A DNA stretch of 64,000 nucleotides. It comes from Myxococcota bacterium (GTDB lineage Bacteria > Myxococcota_A > Polyangia > Nannocystales > Nannocystaceae). Of this stretch, positions 32,116 through 41,686 are shown piece by piece (positions within the stretch are counted from its first letter, which is position 1; each line of letters opens with the position of its first letter). The notes under the pieces are model-generated. The model saw nothing but the letters and a program-made list of their open reading frames with translations, did no database searches and was not told the DNA's origin. The position numbers and the translations under genes are program-made. The DNA is taken from contig JBCCHT010000001.1 of NCBI GenBank assembly GCA_039028615.1, forward strand, positions 608,001 to 672,000. Reading direction: 5' to 3'.

Positions 32116-32925
32116 ATGAACATCAATCTATGCCTACGAAGAGGGCTCGTCGCTCTGTGCCTCGTGTCGGCATGCGATGACGGAGCGGCCGCGGACTCGG
32201 ATCGAACCGGCGAGATCATCTCGAACCTGCTCGAAGCCGGCTATCCACGCGACGATCTCGACGTCGACGACGACGGGCGGGTCACGGTTCAGGGCGACAT
32301 CGCGATGAGCTTGCGCGCGTCTCGCGAGCAACGTGCCCCCCAGACTCGATTTCGACAGTACTTCACCACCAACAAGGTCGCGCGCTGCAATCGGGCCATC
32401 AAGGTGCTCGTCGACGAAGATCTCGACGCCGAGTTCCGTGCACGGGTCGCCGAGGCGCTGGTCGTGTGGAACTCGGTGGGCTCGGGTCTGTCGTTTTCCC
32501 TCACCGATGAATTCGGCGAACAAGACGTCTGGATCTGGGGCTCCAACGAGCCCCTCGCGCCCGGGGTGTTGGCCTTGAGCCTACCCCCCGAGGGAGGCCT
32601 GCCCGGCGAGTCGATCGCCGTGGGCCCGCTGCTATTGAGCCAGTCCCCGCGCTTCCAGAAGCACACCATGATCCACGAGATCGGACACACGGTGGGGCTG
32701 CGCCATACCGACTTCAACAGTCGGGCGAGCTGCTCGAAGCGAGAAAACGAAGGTGCGGGCGACGTGGGCGCGGAGTGGATCGAAGGAACCTCGGTCGCCC
32801 ATCCCAGTGACACGCAGTCTCCCGATCCCCTGTCCATGTTCAACGCGTGCTCCTCTCGTACGGCACCGCCGATCGTGTTCTCGCCCGACGACGTCCTGGC
32901 GATCCTCACCGTCTACCCGCGTTGA
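32116..32925 (+). CDS. M57-family (HEIGH) zinc metallopeptidase, lipoprotein
   Basis: HEIGHTVGLRHTD; V.GDI and QY.T N-terminal motifs; SMF Met-turn. Confidence 0.85.
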   Translation: MNINLCLRRGLVALCLVSACDDGAAADSDRTGEIISNLLEAGYPRDDLDVDDDGRVTVQGDIAMSLRASREQRAPQTRFRQYFTTNKVARCNRAIKVLVDEDLDAEFRARVAEALVVWNSVGSGLSFSLTDEFGEQDVWIWGSNEPLAPGVLALSLPPEGGLPGESIAVGPLLLSQSPRFQKHTMIHEIGHTVGLRHTDFNSRASCSKRENEGAGDVGAEWIEGTSVAHPSDTQSPDPLSMFNACSSRTAPPIVFSPDDVLAILTVYPR

Positions 32926-32942
32926 TCCGCTTCAACCACGAA

Positions 32943-32982
32943 CGAGCCCGGGCACTCGCCGCAATGGCCAGCCCCGGGCTCG
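32943..32982. terminator. Hairpin between convergent genes
   Basis: CGAGCCCGGG / CCCGGGCTCG stem. Confidence 0.45.
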
Positions 32983-33012
32983 ACTGCGATCGAAACGACG
33001 ACCGCGAGAGCG

Positions 33013-34836
33013 CTACCACCAGAAGGTGGCGCGAACGGAGACGACCTGCTGGTCGGGGATCCGCGTCGGCGCGCCGCGGTTGCCCGCTTCCTGGTTGCCG
33101 CTGGTGGCACCGAAGCCGGAGGGCGGCACGGGAGCGCTGGGCGGCTGCACGCACAGCTGAGAGTCACCCATCGGATCGCACTCGCGCTGGTTGTACAGGT
33201 AGCGCGAGTACTGGATCGACAGCTCCTCGCGCGTGATCCAGTTGGTGCGGAAGATGAGCCGCGGCGAGACCACCGAGAACGACTGCTCCGGGATGCGGGA
33301 GTTGGGCTGCACCCGGTCGTAGCGGGTCGCCACCGCGAGCCAGCGTCGGGCGTCGAAGCGAAGATCACCGCCGTACTTGAACTTGGTGATGCCGTCGATG
33401 TCCGGGTCGTCGCTCGCGATCTTGTTGAACATCGTGTAGAGCTTGAGGCTGAGGTCCATGCCCTCGCCCCACCACTGGTCCCCCTTGCGGATCCGCTGCA
33501 CGCTCTGCTCGGCCTGGGCCATCACGGTGTAGATGTCACCGTTGCCGTTGCTCGAGGTGGTGGGCCCGTTGAGGTAGTTGTCGATGATGCCGAAGGTGAA
33601 CTGACCGGCACCGCGGGAGTGGATGACCTCGATGCTCGGCCCCACCGATTGCGCGTGACGGGCTTGGATCACCGAGAACGCGGCGTAGTAGTAGCCCAGC
33701 CGTCCCCAGTTGATCCGCAGGTCGGGGCCGGCGACGGTCATCGACCCGTCGGGCGGATTCTCGACGAAGTCGGCGTTGGCCTCGGACCCGATGCGGTCTT
33801 CCTCGCGGGCCAGGGCCTGCAGGAAGTGACCCCCCAGGGTGATCTTCCGCTTGTAGTCGAAGCCGATGTGGGCGTGGTGCAAGAAGGTGAAGCGCGCGAG
33901 GTTGAAGACCCGCGGGTCGGGGCGCGTGGCACCGACGCCGTGCTCGAGCGTGATGGTGAAGTCCTTCACCATGATGTCGAGCTTGCCCGCCTCACCCATC
34001 GAGTGAGTCCGGCCGAAGGCGTAGGTATCGAGCTCACCCGCGTCGTAGCGCCCGGCTGCGCCGTAGCGATTGTCGAAGGAGCCGACCTTCCAGCTCAGCT
34101 TCAGGTACTTGCTCGGCAGCTTCGGCTGGATGGTGACGAAGGCCTGCGCGATGCCGAACTGGGCGTTGTTTTCCTTCCACGCCGCGTCGGTGAAGTTGAA
34201 GCCCTGGATCGAGACCGTGCCCTGCGCGACCTGGTTGCCGTAGCCGAGATAGAGCTCCGCCCAGTCCCGCGGGTTGTGAAGGGTGTAGCCGTAGCCGAGG
34301 TACTGGTCGTCGGGCACTACGGGGGCGTGCATGGTGGTGCTGCTCTGCCCCTCCGCGGGCTCGGCTCGCTCACCCAGGCCGATCCGCATGGGCGCCCGCA
34401 AGAAGCCATGAAACAGGAAGCCCCAGTCGCCGCCGCCCGCGTCCGGGCTACCGCCGCGGGACGAGATGATGTTCTGCAGGGCGCCGTCGCGCTTCTTCTT
34501 CTTTTTGCCGGCCGGCCCGGGGAAGACGTTGGGGCGCGAGGTCGGCAGGCCCGAGCCCGCGGTATTGGGCGCAGCCACGGTGGAGAGCGGCTCGCCCCCG
34601 TTGGTGGCCTGGCCAGGCGGGATTTCCGGCTCGGCCGGCGCCTCGGCCTCGGCGGAGCCCTCGGCGTCCGCCGGGGCGAGCTCGACCGAGCCTTCGGCGG
34701 AAGCCTCGGCGGAGGCCTCGGCCGGAGCGCTGACTTCGGTCGCCGGGGCGGCCCCGTCTTCGGGGGTCGCGGGCTCCTCGGCGGAGCCGCCGGTCAACAA
34801 GAGGGCAACGGATACTGCGATGCTGGACATGATCAC
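33013..34836 (-). CDS. Outer-membrane beta-barrel, LamB/maltoporin-like carbohydrate porin candidate
   Basis: Signal peptide and A/E/P-rich linker; barrel begins FLFHGFLR; alternating strand pattern; ends VRATFWW; GTGA overlap with the GH9 stop. Confidence 0.6.
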   Translation of the reverse strand: MIMSSIAVSVALLLTGGSAEEPATPEDGAAPATEVSAPAEASAEASAEGSVELAPADAEGSAEAEAPAEPEIPPGQATNGGEPLSTVAAPNTAGSGLPTSRPNVFPGPAGKKKKKRDGALQNIISSRGGSPDAGGGDWGFLFHGFLRAPMRIGLGERAEPAEGQSSTTMHAPVVPDDQYLGYGYTLHNPRDWAELYLGYGNQVAQGTVSIQGFNFTDAAWKENNAQFGIAQAFVTIQPKLPSKYLKLSWKVGSFDNRYGAAGRYDAGELDTYAFGRTHSMGEAGKLDIMVKDFTITLEHGVGATRPDPRVFNLARFTFLHHAHIGFDYKRKITLGGHFLQALAREEDRIGSEANADFVENPPDGSMTVAGPDLRINWGRLGYYYAAFSVIQARHAQSVGPSIEVIHSRGAGQFTFGIIDNYLNGPTTSSNGNGDIYTVMAQAEQSVQRIRKGDQWWGEGMDLSLKLYTMFNKIASDDPDIDGITKFKYGGDLRFDARRWLAVATRYDRVQPNSRIPEQSFSVVSPRLIFRTNWITREELSIQYSRYLYNQRECDPMGDSQLCVQPPSAPVPPSGFGATSGNQEAGNRGAPTRIPDQQVVSVRATFWW

Positions 34837-37187
34837 CGGGCCTGTTCGTCGAGGAACGCGACGACCCAGAAGAGCGGGGCGTTCCAGTTGATGGTGACTT
34901 CATTGGTCGACCACGACTCGATGTGGTCGACGAAGCATTTTTGAGCGGGACACCCCGGCAGCCCCAACGACTGCGCATAGGGGTCTTCGAGCCGAGAGTT
35001 CGGGCCACCCGAGACGGCCCCCGGCGGGGGCAAGGGATAAGCTTCGTCTTTTTGGTGCGCCCAGAACCGATGGTGCGGGTTCTCGAGCGGGTTGGCGCCG
35101 TAGCCCGTGACATAGGATTGCCACATCGGGTTGCGGCCCAGCAGGTAGTCCATGGCGTCGATGACCCCGTGCAGGTACTGCGCCTCGCCAGTGAGGTCGT
35201 GAGCGAAGCCCATGACCAACGCGCTATTGAGCACGAGCGAGTTGCTGCCCCAAGGCAGGGTCCCGCCCGCGTCGGTCTGCACGGGGACCGGATAACCGGA
35301 GGACGACACGCGGCTGGCGTGGCTCTTGGCTACCTTCACCACCGCGCCCCGAGCCCCGTCGACATCGAGGGTGGTGGTGCCCGGCTTGGCCGTGGCCAAC
35401 GACAGCGTGCCGAGGGCCTGCACCACCTGCCAGTTCATGGGCGCCTGCTGGCCCCCGAGCTCCGGCGTGGGGCCGGGGATGGCCAGGTAGTGCTTCGACT
35501 CCCGCGCGACCTTGGCGTACTCGGCGTCTCCGGTGGTGAGCGCGAGCTCGACCGCGGCCCAGTAGAACTCGTCGCTGACGTCGAGGTCTTCGTAGGGACC
35601 GCCGCCGACGTTGTCGCTGCCGGGGGCGAGCTGATCGGGCGTGGCCTGAGCCGCCGCGAAGGCCCGGCGCGCCGCCTTCTCGCAGCGCGCGGAGAACTCG
35701 GGGTCGATGTCCTTCCACAGGCGCGCCGCCTGAGCGGCCACGGCCGCGAGGTTGAGCGTGGCCGCCGTGCTGGGCTTGTGCAAAAACCGCGGCGCCTTGG
35801 CCTCGTGAGGCGGCAGCGGCATGTCGGACCACTTTTGCTCGTGCAGCTTGTGGAAGGCCATGCCCTCCCACTTCTTGCCCTCGGGCACCTGCATGCCGAG
35901 CAGCATCTCGAGCTCCCAGCGCACTTCGTCGAGCAGGTCGGACACGCCGTTGCCCTGCTCGGGAATGGAGAACTTGCCGTCGGCCACCGCCGAGAGGTCG
36001 CCCTCGAGCTTGGCCGTGCGCTCGTAGTAGTGCAGCAGCGTCCACACCGAGATGCCGCCGTTGACGACGTACTTGCCGTGGTCGCCAGCGTCGTACCAGC
36101 CCCCGGACACATCCATGGTGTAGTCGCACCCCAGCTCGGGCAGACACTCGACCGCCGCGTCGCTCTCGTGCCCCGCCGGCCGCGTCCACTTGGCGTCTCC
36201 GGCGTAGGGCATCTCGATCGCGATGCCACTGCGGTTGTGATAGAAGTACGCCGCTGCGTCGTACTTGAGACGCGCGTAGATCGACGCATCGATGGAGAAG
36301 GCGTCGCTCTCGTGCTCGCCGATCCGCAGCTTGAACCCCTTGCCCGTGGCGTTCACGGACGAGAAGTCGAGGCGGTGCAGCGGGTCGCCCGAGGCCGGGT
36401 CTTCGCCAAACACGGTGGTGGTACCCGTCGCGACGACGCTGCCGCCCTCGTCCACCAGCTCCCACGACGCGGGCGAGGTGTCGGGAGTGCGGTAGATCGC
36501 CCGCTTGGGCTGCCCGGGGTAGTAGCCGATCTGGTTGACCCGGATCGGCGGCGCGAGCATGTAGTCGGGCGGAGGTGGCGGCTCGAACTCGGGGTCGGCC
36601 AGCACGATGTCGTCGATGCAAATCTCGACCGGCCCCTCCCCCGCCAGCGGCCCACCCAAGTGCACGCTGAACTCGGCCTGGAGGTCGTCGTCACCGCGCA
36701 TCGTGAAGTGGCCGGCAAAGCGCTGCGGCTCCGGCTTCAGCTCCAGGGTGCTGGCCCAGTACTCGGTGTAGGGAGGACCCGCCATCCCGACCTTGGGCCG
36801 AATCTGCGCCGGGCGATCGGCGGTGGCCGTCATCTCGACCAGGTACTGGTGCCCCCGGTGTAGTCGCAGCGCACGGTGCCGCAGCTGAAGGTCCCAGGAG
36901 ACCTCGCCCGCCGCGTTCGCCTGCATGCAAAAGGCCCCATCCTGGACCCGGGCCGAGCCTTGGGCCGAGCCCATGACCGAGGACTTCCACGGCGTCGCGC
37001 TGCCGTCGGAGAAGCTCGAGTTGCGGATGAGGTTGTGGTCGCCCTCCACCACCGGAGGCGGGCCGTCATCGATGACCGGCGCCCCGTCCTCGGGGTTCGC
37101 CGAGGCCGAAGCGCTGTCCTTGCGGCTGCACGACAGCGCCAGGAGAGCCAACAACAGGATGCCGCGATCGCGTCGAATGCTCATCAT
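34833..37187 (-). CDS. GH9 cellulase (CBM4/9 - Ig-like - GH9), lipoprotein
   Basis: IRVNQIGY, GGWYDAGDHGKY, PHHRFW and D...SWSTNEVTINWNAPL motifs; N-terminal NLIRNSSF CBM4; lipobox ALSC. Confidence 0.95.
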   Translation of the reverse strand: MMSIRRDRGILLLALLALSCSRKDSASASANPEDGAPVIDDGPPPVVEGDHNLIRNSSFSDGSATPWKSSVMGSAQGSARVQDGAFCMQANAAGEVSWDLQLRHRALRLHRGHQYLVEMTATADRPAQIRPKVGMAGPPYTEYWASTLELKPEPQRFAGHFTMRGDDDLQAEFSVHLGGPLAGEGPVEICIDDIVLADPEFEPPPPPDYMLAPPIRVNQIGYYPGQPKRAIYRTPDTSPASWELVDEGGSVVATGTTTVFGEDPASGDPLHRLDFSSVNATGKGFKLRIGEHESDAFSIDASIYARLKYDAAAYFYHNRSGIAIEMPYAGDAKWTRPAGHESDAAVECLPELGCDYTMDVSGGWYDAGDHGKYVVNGGISVWTLLHYYERTAKLEGDLSAVADGKFSIPEQGNGVSDLLDEVRWELEMLLGMQVPEGKKWEGMAFHKLHEQKWSDMPLPPHEAKAPRFLHKPSTAATLNLAAVAAQAARLWKDIDPEFSARCEKAARRAFAAAQATPDQLAPGSDNVGGGPYEDLDVSDEFYWAAVELALTTGDAEYAKVARESKHYLAIPGPTPELGGQQAPMNWQVVQALGTLSLATAKPGTTTLDVDGARGAVVKVAKSHASRVSSSGYPVPVQTDAGGTLPWGSNSLVLNSALVMGFAHDLTGEAQYLHGVIDAMDYLLGRNPMWQSYVTGYGANPLENPHHRFWAHQKDEAYPLPPPGAVSGGPNSRLEDPYAQSLGLPGCPAQKCFVDHIESWSTNEVTINWNAPLFWVVAFLDEQAR

Positions 37188-37915
37188 TGCTCACACCCGT
37201 AAAAGGAGATGTCGTCGATCCAGATGTCGAAGGTCTTGCCCGAGCCCTCGACCTGAAACTGCAGGCCGTACACCTGCGTGGCGTCGATCGAGCCAGGACG
37301 AGGTGCCCCCCACCCCGACATCTGGCTCAGCTGCTCGAAGGTGAAGACGTACTGCTGCCACTCCTCGGTGAGCTCGATGTCGGCCCCGAAGTCGTTGAAG
37401 CACTCGGTGCAGACGCCCCCCTCGGGAGAGGTGGCCGCGTCGGGGACCTTGAGCCGAATGTTGTTGGCCGAGTCCGCGCCGTGGCGGGCATAAAACGAGA
37501 CGCCCTCGTAGGCCGAAGCATCGTAGGGCCCCTTGGGATCGACGAAATTCAGCCCATATCCGGCGAATACGAGCGATCCACTGACGAGCTGGCCATGGAA
37601 GCGAGCCGCGTACATCGATCCGTTGGCCCCGCCCTCGGCCTGAGCGAAGGTGCCGCCCAGGCGCCCGGCCAGGGGCTCGACCGTCGAGCCCGACTCGTCG
37701 AGGAACGTGTACATGTAGCCACCGCGGCCCTGCTGATCGAGGGTGCGGTGGTCGTTGTCCTCGGCGTCTTCGATCACGGCGCTGCGAGTGCAGCGACCCA
37801 AGTCGAAGGCCCCCACGGCGCCCGCGTCGGGGCCGTTGGTCGCCGTGGGCTCGCACGCGGAGGTCAACCCCGTGGCCGCAGACAACACGAAGATGGAGAT
37901 CGATGGATGCTTCAT
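37184..37915 (-). CDS. Carbohydrate-binding lipoprotein (CBM11-like), paralogue 2
   Basis: Lipobox TSAC; IEDAED..GRGGY.YTF, YDASAYEGVSFYAR, EW..Y...F, Q..GWG and IWIDDISFY motifs. Confidence 0.78.
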   Translation of the reverse strand: MKHPSISIFVLSAATGLTSACEPTATNGPDAGAVGAFDLGRCTRSAVIEDAEDNDHRTLDQQGRGGYMYTFLDESGSTVEPLAGRLGGTFAQAEGGANGSMYAARFHGQLVSGSLVFAGYGLNFVDPKGPYDASAYEGVSFYARHGADSANNIRLKVPDAATSPEGGVCTECFNDFGADIELTEEWQQYVFTFEQLSQMSGWGAPRPGSIDATQVYGLQFQVEGSGKTFDIWIDDISFYGCEQ

Positions 37916-37926
37916 GAGTCGATTCC

Positions 37927-38490
37927 TCAGAAGGTCACGCAATAGCCGAACATCGCTTGTTCACCGGGGTCGATGGCCGCGTTGTGCTCCGCCCCGGAAA
38001 AAGAGGCCTCGGTCCCCATTTCGGAGACGAGCGCCGCGTTCCATACTTGATCGAGAGTGCCGGGCAGCGTCAGCGTCACCTCCCAGGTGACGTTGAAGGC
38101 GGAGATGTTGGTGACGAAGACGTCGTCGCACTGCCCCTGGGGGAACATGGACTGGGTGACGACCTCGACCATGAGTTCGTCGTCGCTGAAGGTGTCCACA
38201 CCCTGGGTCTCGCCGCCTTCGCTCGACTCGCCGCCGGTATCGGAGCCCATGTCTCCGCCGGAGCTCGAGTCACCCGGAGGGGGCGGAGGAGGCGGAGGCG
38301 GAGAGTCGTCGAGGCCGTCGTCGAGCCCATCGCCCGTCGAGCTCGTGCCTTCATCCTCTTCCGCCGTCATCCCGGTGGTGACCGGAGGATCCGGCTCGCC
38401 AAAGAGGCCCGCATCGCCGCCCGAGTCGTCACCACAGGCCGTAAACAGGCCGCCGAACACCAGTATCCATGCAGGAAGCGTCTTGTTCAT
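37927..38490 (-). CDS. CBM2 cellulose-binding lipoprotein without a catalytic domain
   Basis: Lipobox FTAC; acidic/Pro tether; V.VTN.....WEV, QVWNA and HNA.I.PG...FGYC motifs. Confidence 0.8.
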   Translation of the reverse strand: MNKTLPAWILVFGGLFTACGDDSGGDAGLFGEPDPPVTTGMTAEEDEGTSSTGDGLDDGLDDSPPPPPPPPPGDSSSGGDMGSDTGGESSEGGETQGVDTFSDDELMVEVVTQSMFPQGQCDDVFVTNISAFNVTWEVTLTLPGTLDQVWNAALVSEMGTEASFSGAEHNAAIDPGEQAMFGYCVTF

Positions 38491-38521
38491 CCATTCCTCC
38501 CGAGCGCTACCGCGTACCTAA

Positions 38522-38537
38522 AGCACGCACCGTGCCA
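38522..38537 (-). promoter_or_regulatory. Sigma-54 promoter candidate for the CBM2-CBM11-GH9-porin operon
   Basis: Minus strand TGGCACGGTGCGTGCT, one mismatch to consensus, upstream of a GGGAGG RBS and ATG 38490. Confidence 0.72.
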
Positions 38538-38639
38538 GTTCCTATGTGGGAGAACCTGAGCCCTGCCGCGGGTTTCGAGCGAACGAAGATGCCCGAATCG
38601 GAAGGGTTGGTTCCCGAAGGGTCCGAACCGATCACTCCA

Positions 38640-39755
38640 CTACGGAATCGGCATGATCACTTGGCACGGGAAGGTCGCGTCCACGGAGTGATCCCCACCG
38701 TCTTGGAGGGTCGCGCACGCCTCACCCAACAGCTCGAGGGTCGACTCCTCGGGCACGTGCCAGTCCGTGCCGCAGTCGATTTCCACGCCGTCCAGCAACA
38801 CCCGGCCCTGGCACGCGGCGTCGATGTCCACGATGCCATCGATGGCGAACTCGCAGCTGACGAAGCCGTTGACGATCTGATCGAAGTCCTCGATCAAGTC
38901 CTGGGCGTTGAGAGCCTGGTAGTAAGGAGCGGGGTCGGGATCGTTGGGAGCCTTGCCCACCCCGACGTTGGCCAGCTCTTGGAGGTGCATGGCCGAGACC
39001 TCTTCACCCACGCTGACCACGAAGGTCTTGATGCCCGCCTCGTAGGCGTCGAGCACTGCGGTCACCGACAGCGGTTGCCCCTCTTGTGGGTCGGGCACGG
39101 CACAGGTATCGGGCTCGCCATCGGTGGCGAGGAGGATGGCTCGCGCCGTGTCTTCCTCGGCCGCCAACGAGGCCGCCACCGCGGCAACGGCCTCGCCCGT
39201 CGGAGTGTCGCCGTCGGGCAGGGGCATCGAGTACGCGGCGTTCATGGCATCCCGATTGCCGAAATCGGGGGCCACCTCGTCCAGCATCGGGCAGGTTCCG
39301 CCGAACATGCCGTTGTTGCTGGTGTACAGCGCCATCCCGAAGCGGACCTCGTCTTCGAGCTGCGTGACCACCCCGTTGGTGGGGTCGAACATCGCGTCGG
39401 AGACCGCCTGCCAGCGAGAGATTCCGCCAAAGTCGTAGCCCATGCTGCCGGAGCGATCGACGAGCAACACAATCGTCGGAATCACGGGCTCGATGCTGGC
39501 GTTGACGTCGGCGCAGCCGCTCCCGCCGTCGTCGGCCATGCCGAGGTCGGGCGTGTCGGTATCGTTGGATACCCCCGTGCCTCCGCTGCCGGCCGTGCCT
39601 CCGCTGCCGGCCGACATCCCGTTCGTGATGCCGTCGCCGTTGCTCGAGTCATTGAAGCCATGCGCTCCATCGCCGACCGTGCACCCCGCCACCGTGCAAC
39701 AAAGGCCGGCGGTGGTGAGCACCGTGGCCACCCCACTCCATCCATTCAACATCAT
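38640..39755 (-). CDS. vWA-domain lipoprotein
   Basis: LLVDRSGSM MIDAS, TPT, LATDGEPD and TFVV motifs; lipobox VAGC. Confidence 0.85.
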   Translation of the reverse strand: MMLNGWSGVATVLTTAGLCCTVAGCTVGDGAHGFNDSSNGDGITNGMSAGSGGTAGSGGTGVSNDTDTPDLGMADDGGSGCADVNASIEPVIPTIVLLVDRSGSMGYDFGGISRWQAVSDAMFDPTNGVVTQLEDEVRFGMALYTSNNGMFGGTCPMLDEVAPDFGNRDAMNAAYSMPLPDGDTPTGEAVAAVAASLAAEEDTARAILLATDGEPDTCAVPDPQEGQPLSVTAVLDAYEAGIKTFVVSVGEEVSAMHLQELANVGVGKAPNDPDPAPYYQALNAQDLIEDFDQIVNGFVSCEFAIDGIVDIDAACQGRVLLDGVEIDCGTDWHVPEESTLELLGEACATLQDGGDHSVDATFPCQVIMPIP

Positions 39756-39898
39756 CCTGTCGGACACGCTAGCGCCTCGAAGTCCGCCTGACGAGACTGT
39801 CCAATTCGTTCCCGCAATGCGGATCGGTCTGTGCCTCGATGGCACTGCACTTTCCGATGTGAGGCGTACAAACCCGGTTGTCTTCAGCGAAACCAAAC

Positions 39899-39914
39899 TG
39901 GACCGCCGCTTGCT
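39899..39914 (+). promoter_or_regulatory. Sigma-54 promoter candidate
   Basis: TGGACCGCCGCTTGCT has GG and TTGCT at exact spacing, 12 nt before ATG 39927. Confidence 0.5.
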
Positions 39915-39926
39915 ACACAGACCTCT

Positions 39927-40430
39927 ATGGTCGTGGTGCTACTGGGATTGGCGAGGGTGGACATCCGTTCGGTCGGACGCGCATTGAGTCGGACGTTGGA
40001 TGCCACCGTTTTGGACGGGGACCGTTTGCGGTACTCGGCCGCACCGTCTTCAGACGAGGCGGGCTGGCTGCGAGCTTTCGGCCGCACGCTCCGGGAACCG
40101 CACCCGCGTCCGCACGTGGTGGTGACCTGTACGGCGTTGTCGCCCCGAGAGCGGCGAGAGCTGCGAATGTGTGACCGTCGTCAGATGCTCGTGATCCTTC
40201 GCGAGCCCTCGGATACGGCCGAGCTGACGCAGCGGCATGATCCAGAACACACCATCGTGGCGAACGCGACGGGGGACGTCGAAGAGCAGGCCGCACGGAT
40301 CTACGCCCGCCTCTTGCCGCGGCTCGAGGAAGCCAGAACCCGAAAAATGCCGGAGACCGGCCAACAAACCGCTCTGGGGGGGATTTCAGAAAGGGAAGCC
40401 GAAGACGTATGCTCGGGCCCCTGTGGCTGA
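39927..40430 (+). CDS. Gluconokinase-like protein with degenerate P-loop
   Basis: VVLLGLARVDIRSVGRALS..LDATVLDGD and VVTCTAL..RER resemble GntK/IdnK, but Walker A GKS is absent. Confidence 0.55.
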   Translation: MVVVLLGLARVDIRSVGRALSRTLDATVLDGDRLRYSAAPSSDEAGWLRAFGRTLREPHPRPHVVVTCTALSPRERRELRMCDRRQMLVILREPSDTAELTQRHDPEHTIVANATGDVEEQAARIYARLLPRLEEARTRKMPETGQQTALGGISEREAEDVCSGPCG

Positions 40431-40433
40431 CGC

Positions 40434-41579
40434 GTGATCAAACTCGTCGCAGCGATGGCGGCACGGCTCTTTGCTCCCGAGGCCGAGCCGCCCAGCGCGG
40501 AGGCGAGCACGACGGCGACCCCCACTGAGGTGGTGGACGCCGGGGTAGCCGCGACGGCGGAAGTAGAGCAGCCGCCGATCCAGCTGCCACGCACGAAGGT
40601 CATCGTCGGCTTCACCGCCGACGACCCTTCGGTGACCCGCACCGATCTGGAACAGGCGCTCGCCGCCCAGATGGCGGACACCGGCTTGCAACATCGAGTC
40701 GCGACGCTCGCGGGCGATAGCGACCACGGACTTCGCGTCGCGTGGGCCTCGACCTTCGAGATGCAACGCGACGTGCTCGCGGTGTTCTGGATTGAGGGCA
40801 CCAGCGAGGCGCGCAAGCTCTATATGTACGATCCGGATCGCGGGAAGACCTGGATGCGTACGCTGGAGACCTCGTCGGACCCCGACGAGCTCATCGTCTC
40901 CTTGGGCACCATCGTGCGCGGCATCAGCCTGGCCACGGTCGCGGGTGCGCCTTCCGGCATGAAGGAAGTCGAGCCGCCCAAGCCCGTGCCCAAAGAAAAA
41001 GAGCCGCCGCCTCCACCCGTCGACGACGAACCCGAGCCCGAGCCACCGCCCGCACCGAAGACGACGTGGAGCGTCGAACTCGCGTACGAGGGCGGCAACC
41101 TCTCGAGCACCGCACCGTGGCTCAGCGCGGGCAGCATCGGCCTCGACGTCGAGCTTCCGTTTCAGCTCGTGAGTCGAGTCGCAGCCGCGGTGTACGGGCC
41201 CCTGCCCTTGTCCGGTCCGCCGCAAACCACCGTGTGGCGAGTGCCGATCAACGTGAGCGTCGGCTATCGATTCCGAAAGGGTGCGGCATTCCGCCCCATG
41301 GTCGATGCGTCACTCGTGGTGGAGCCGATGTGGTGGCAAGCCGACACCACCCCCGATGTCACCGCCTTTTCCGGGAGCACCGTCCGTATTGCGGTCGCCC
41401 CCGGCGCCGGCTTCCGCGCACGGCTTTGGAAGGGCCTGGGACTGCTCGTACACGCCCGTGCGGATATGCGCGTTCGCAACGCCGACCTCGTGGTATCTGA
41501 CCGTGAACGTCGTGTTTCACGATTGTCTCCTCACGCCGTCGCCGCCACCGCACGCGCGGGCCTGTATTATTCGTTCTAA
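40434..41579 (+). CDS. Hypothetical protein with probable C-terminal beta-barrel (ECF-module partner)
   Basis: Pro-rich linker then amphipathic strands (VSVGYRF, GAGFRARLW) ending GLYYSF. Confidence 0.6.
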   Translation: MIKLVAAMAARLFAPEAEPPSAEASTTATPTEVVDAGVAATAEVEQPPIQLPRTKVIVGFTADDPSVTRTDLEQALAAQMADTGLQHRVATLAGDSDHGLRVAWASTFEMQRDVLAVFWIEGTSEARKLYMYDPDRGKTWMRTLETSSDPDELIVSLGTIVRGISLATVAGAPSGMKEVEPPKPVPKEKEPPPPPVDDEPEPEPPPAPKTTWSVELAYEGGNLSSTAPWLSAGSIGLDVELPFQLVSRVAAAVYGPLPLSGPPQTTVWRVPINVSVGYRFRKGAAFRPMVDASLVVEPMWWQADTTPDVTAFSGSTVRIAVAPGAGFRARLWKGLGLLVHARADMRVRNADLVVSDRERRVSRLSPHAVAATARAGLYYSF

Positions 41580-41604
41580 GACGGGCCGGGCAGGAATTCG
41601 TTTG

Positions 41605-41638
41605 GGTTTTTTCATCAACTCGGCGGGGTTTCATCCCC
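41605..41638 (+). promoter_or_regulatory. Candidate ECF promoter, copy 4 (autoregulatory position)
   Basis: TCATC N17 TCCCC directly upstream of the ECF sigma gene. Confidence 0.55.
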
Positions 41639-41686
41639 CTTGGCTTTCGAGTGAACGCGCTCGCAATCGCCTATCGGGAGTCGTCG

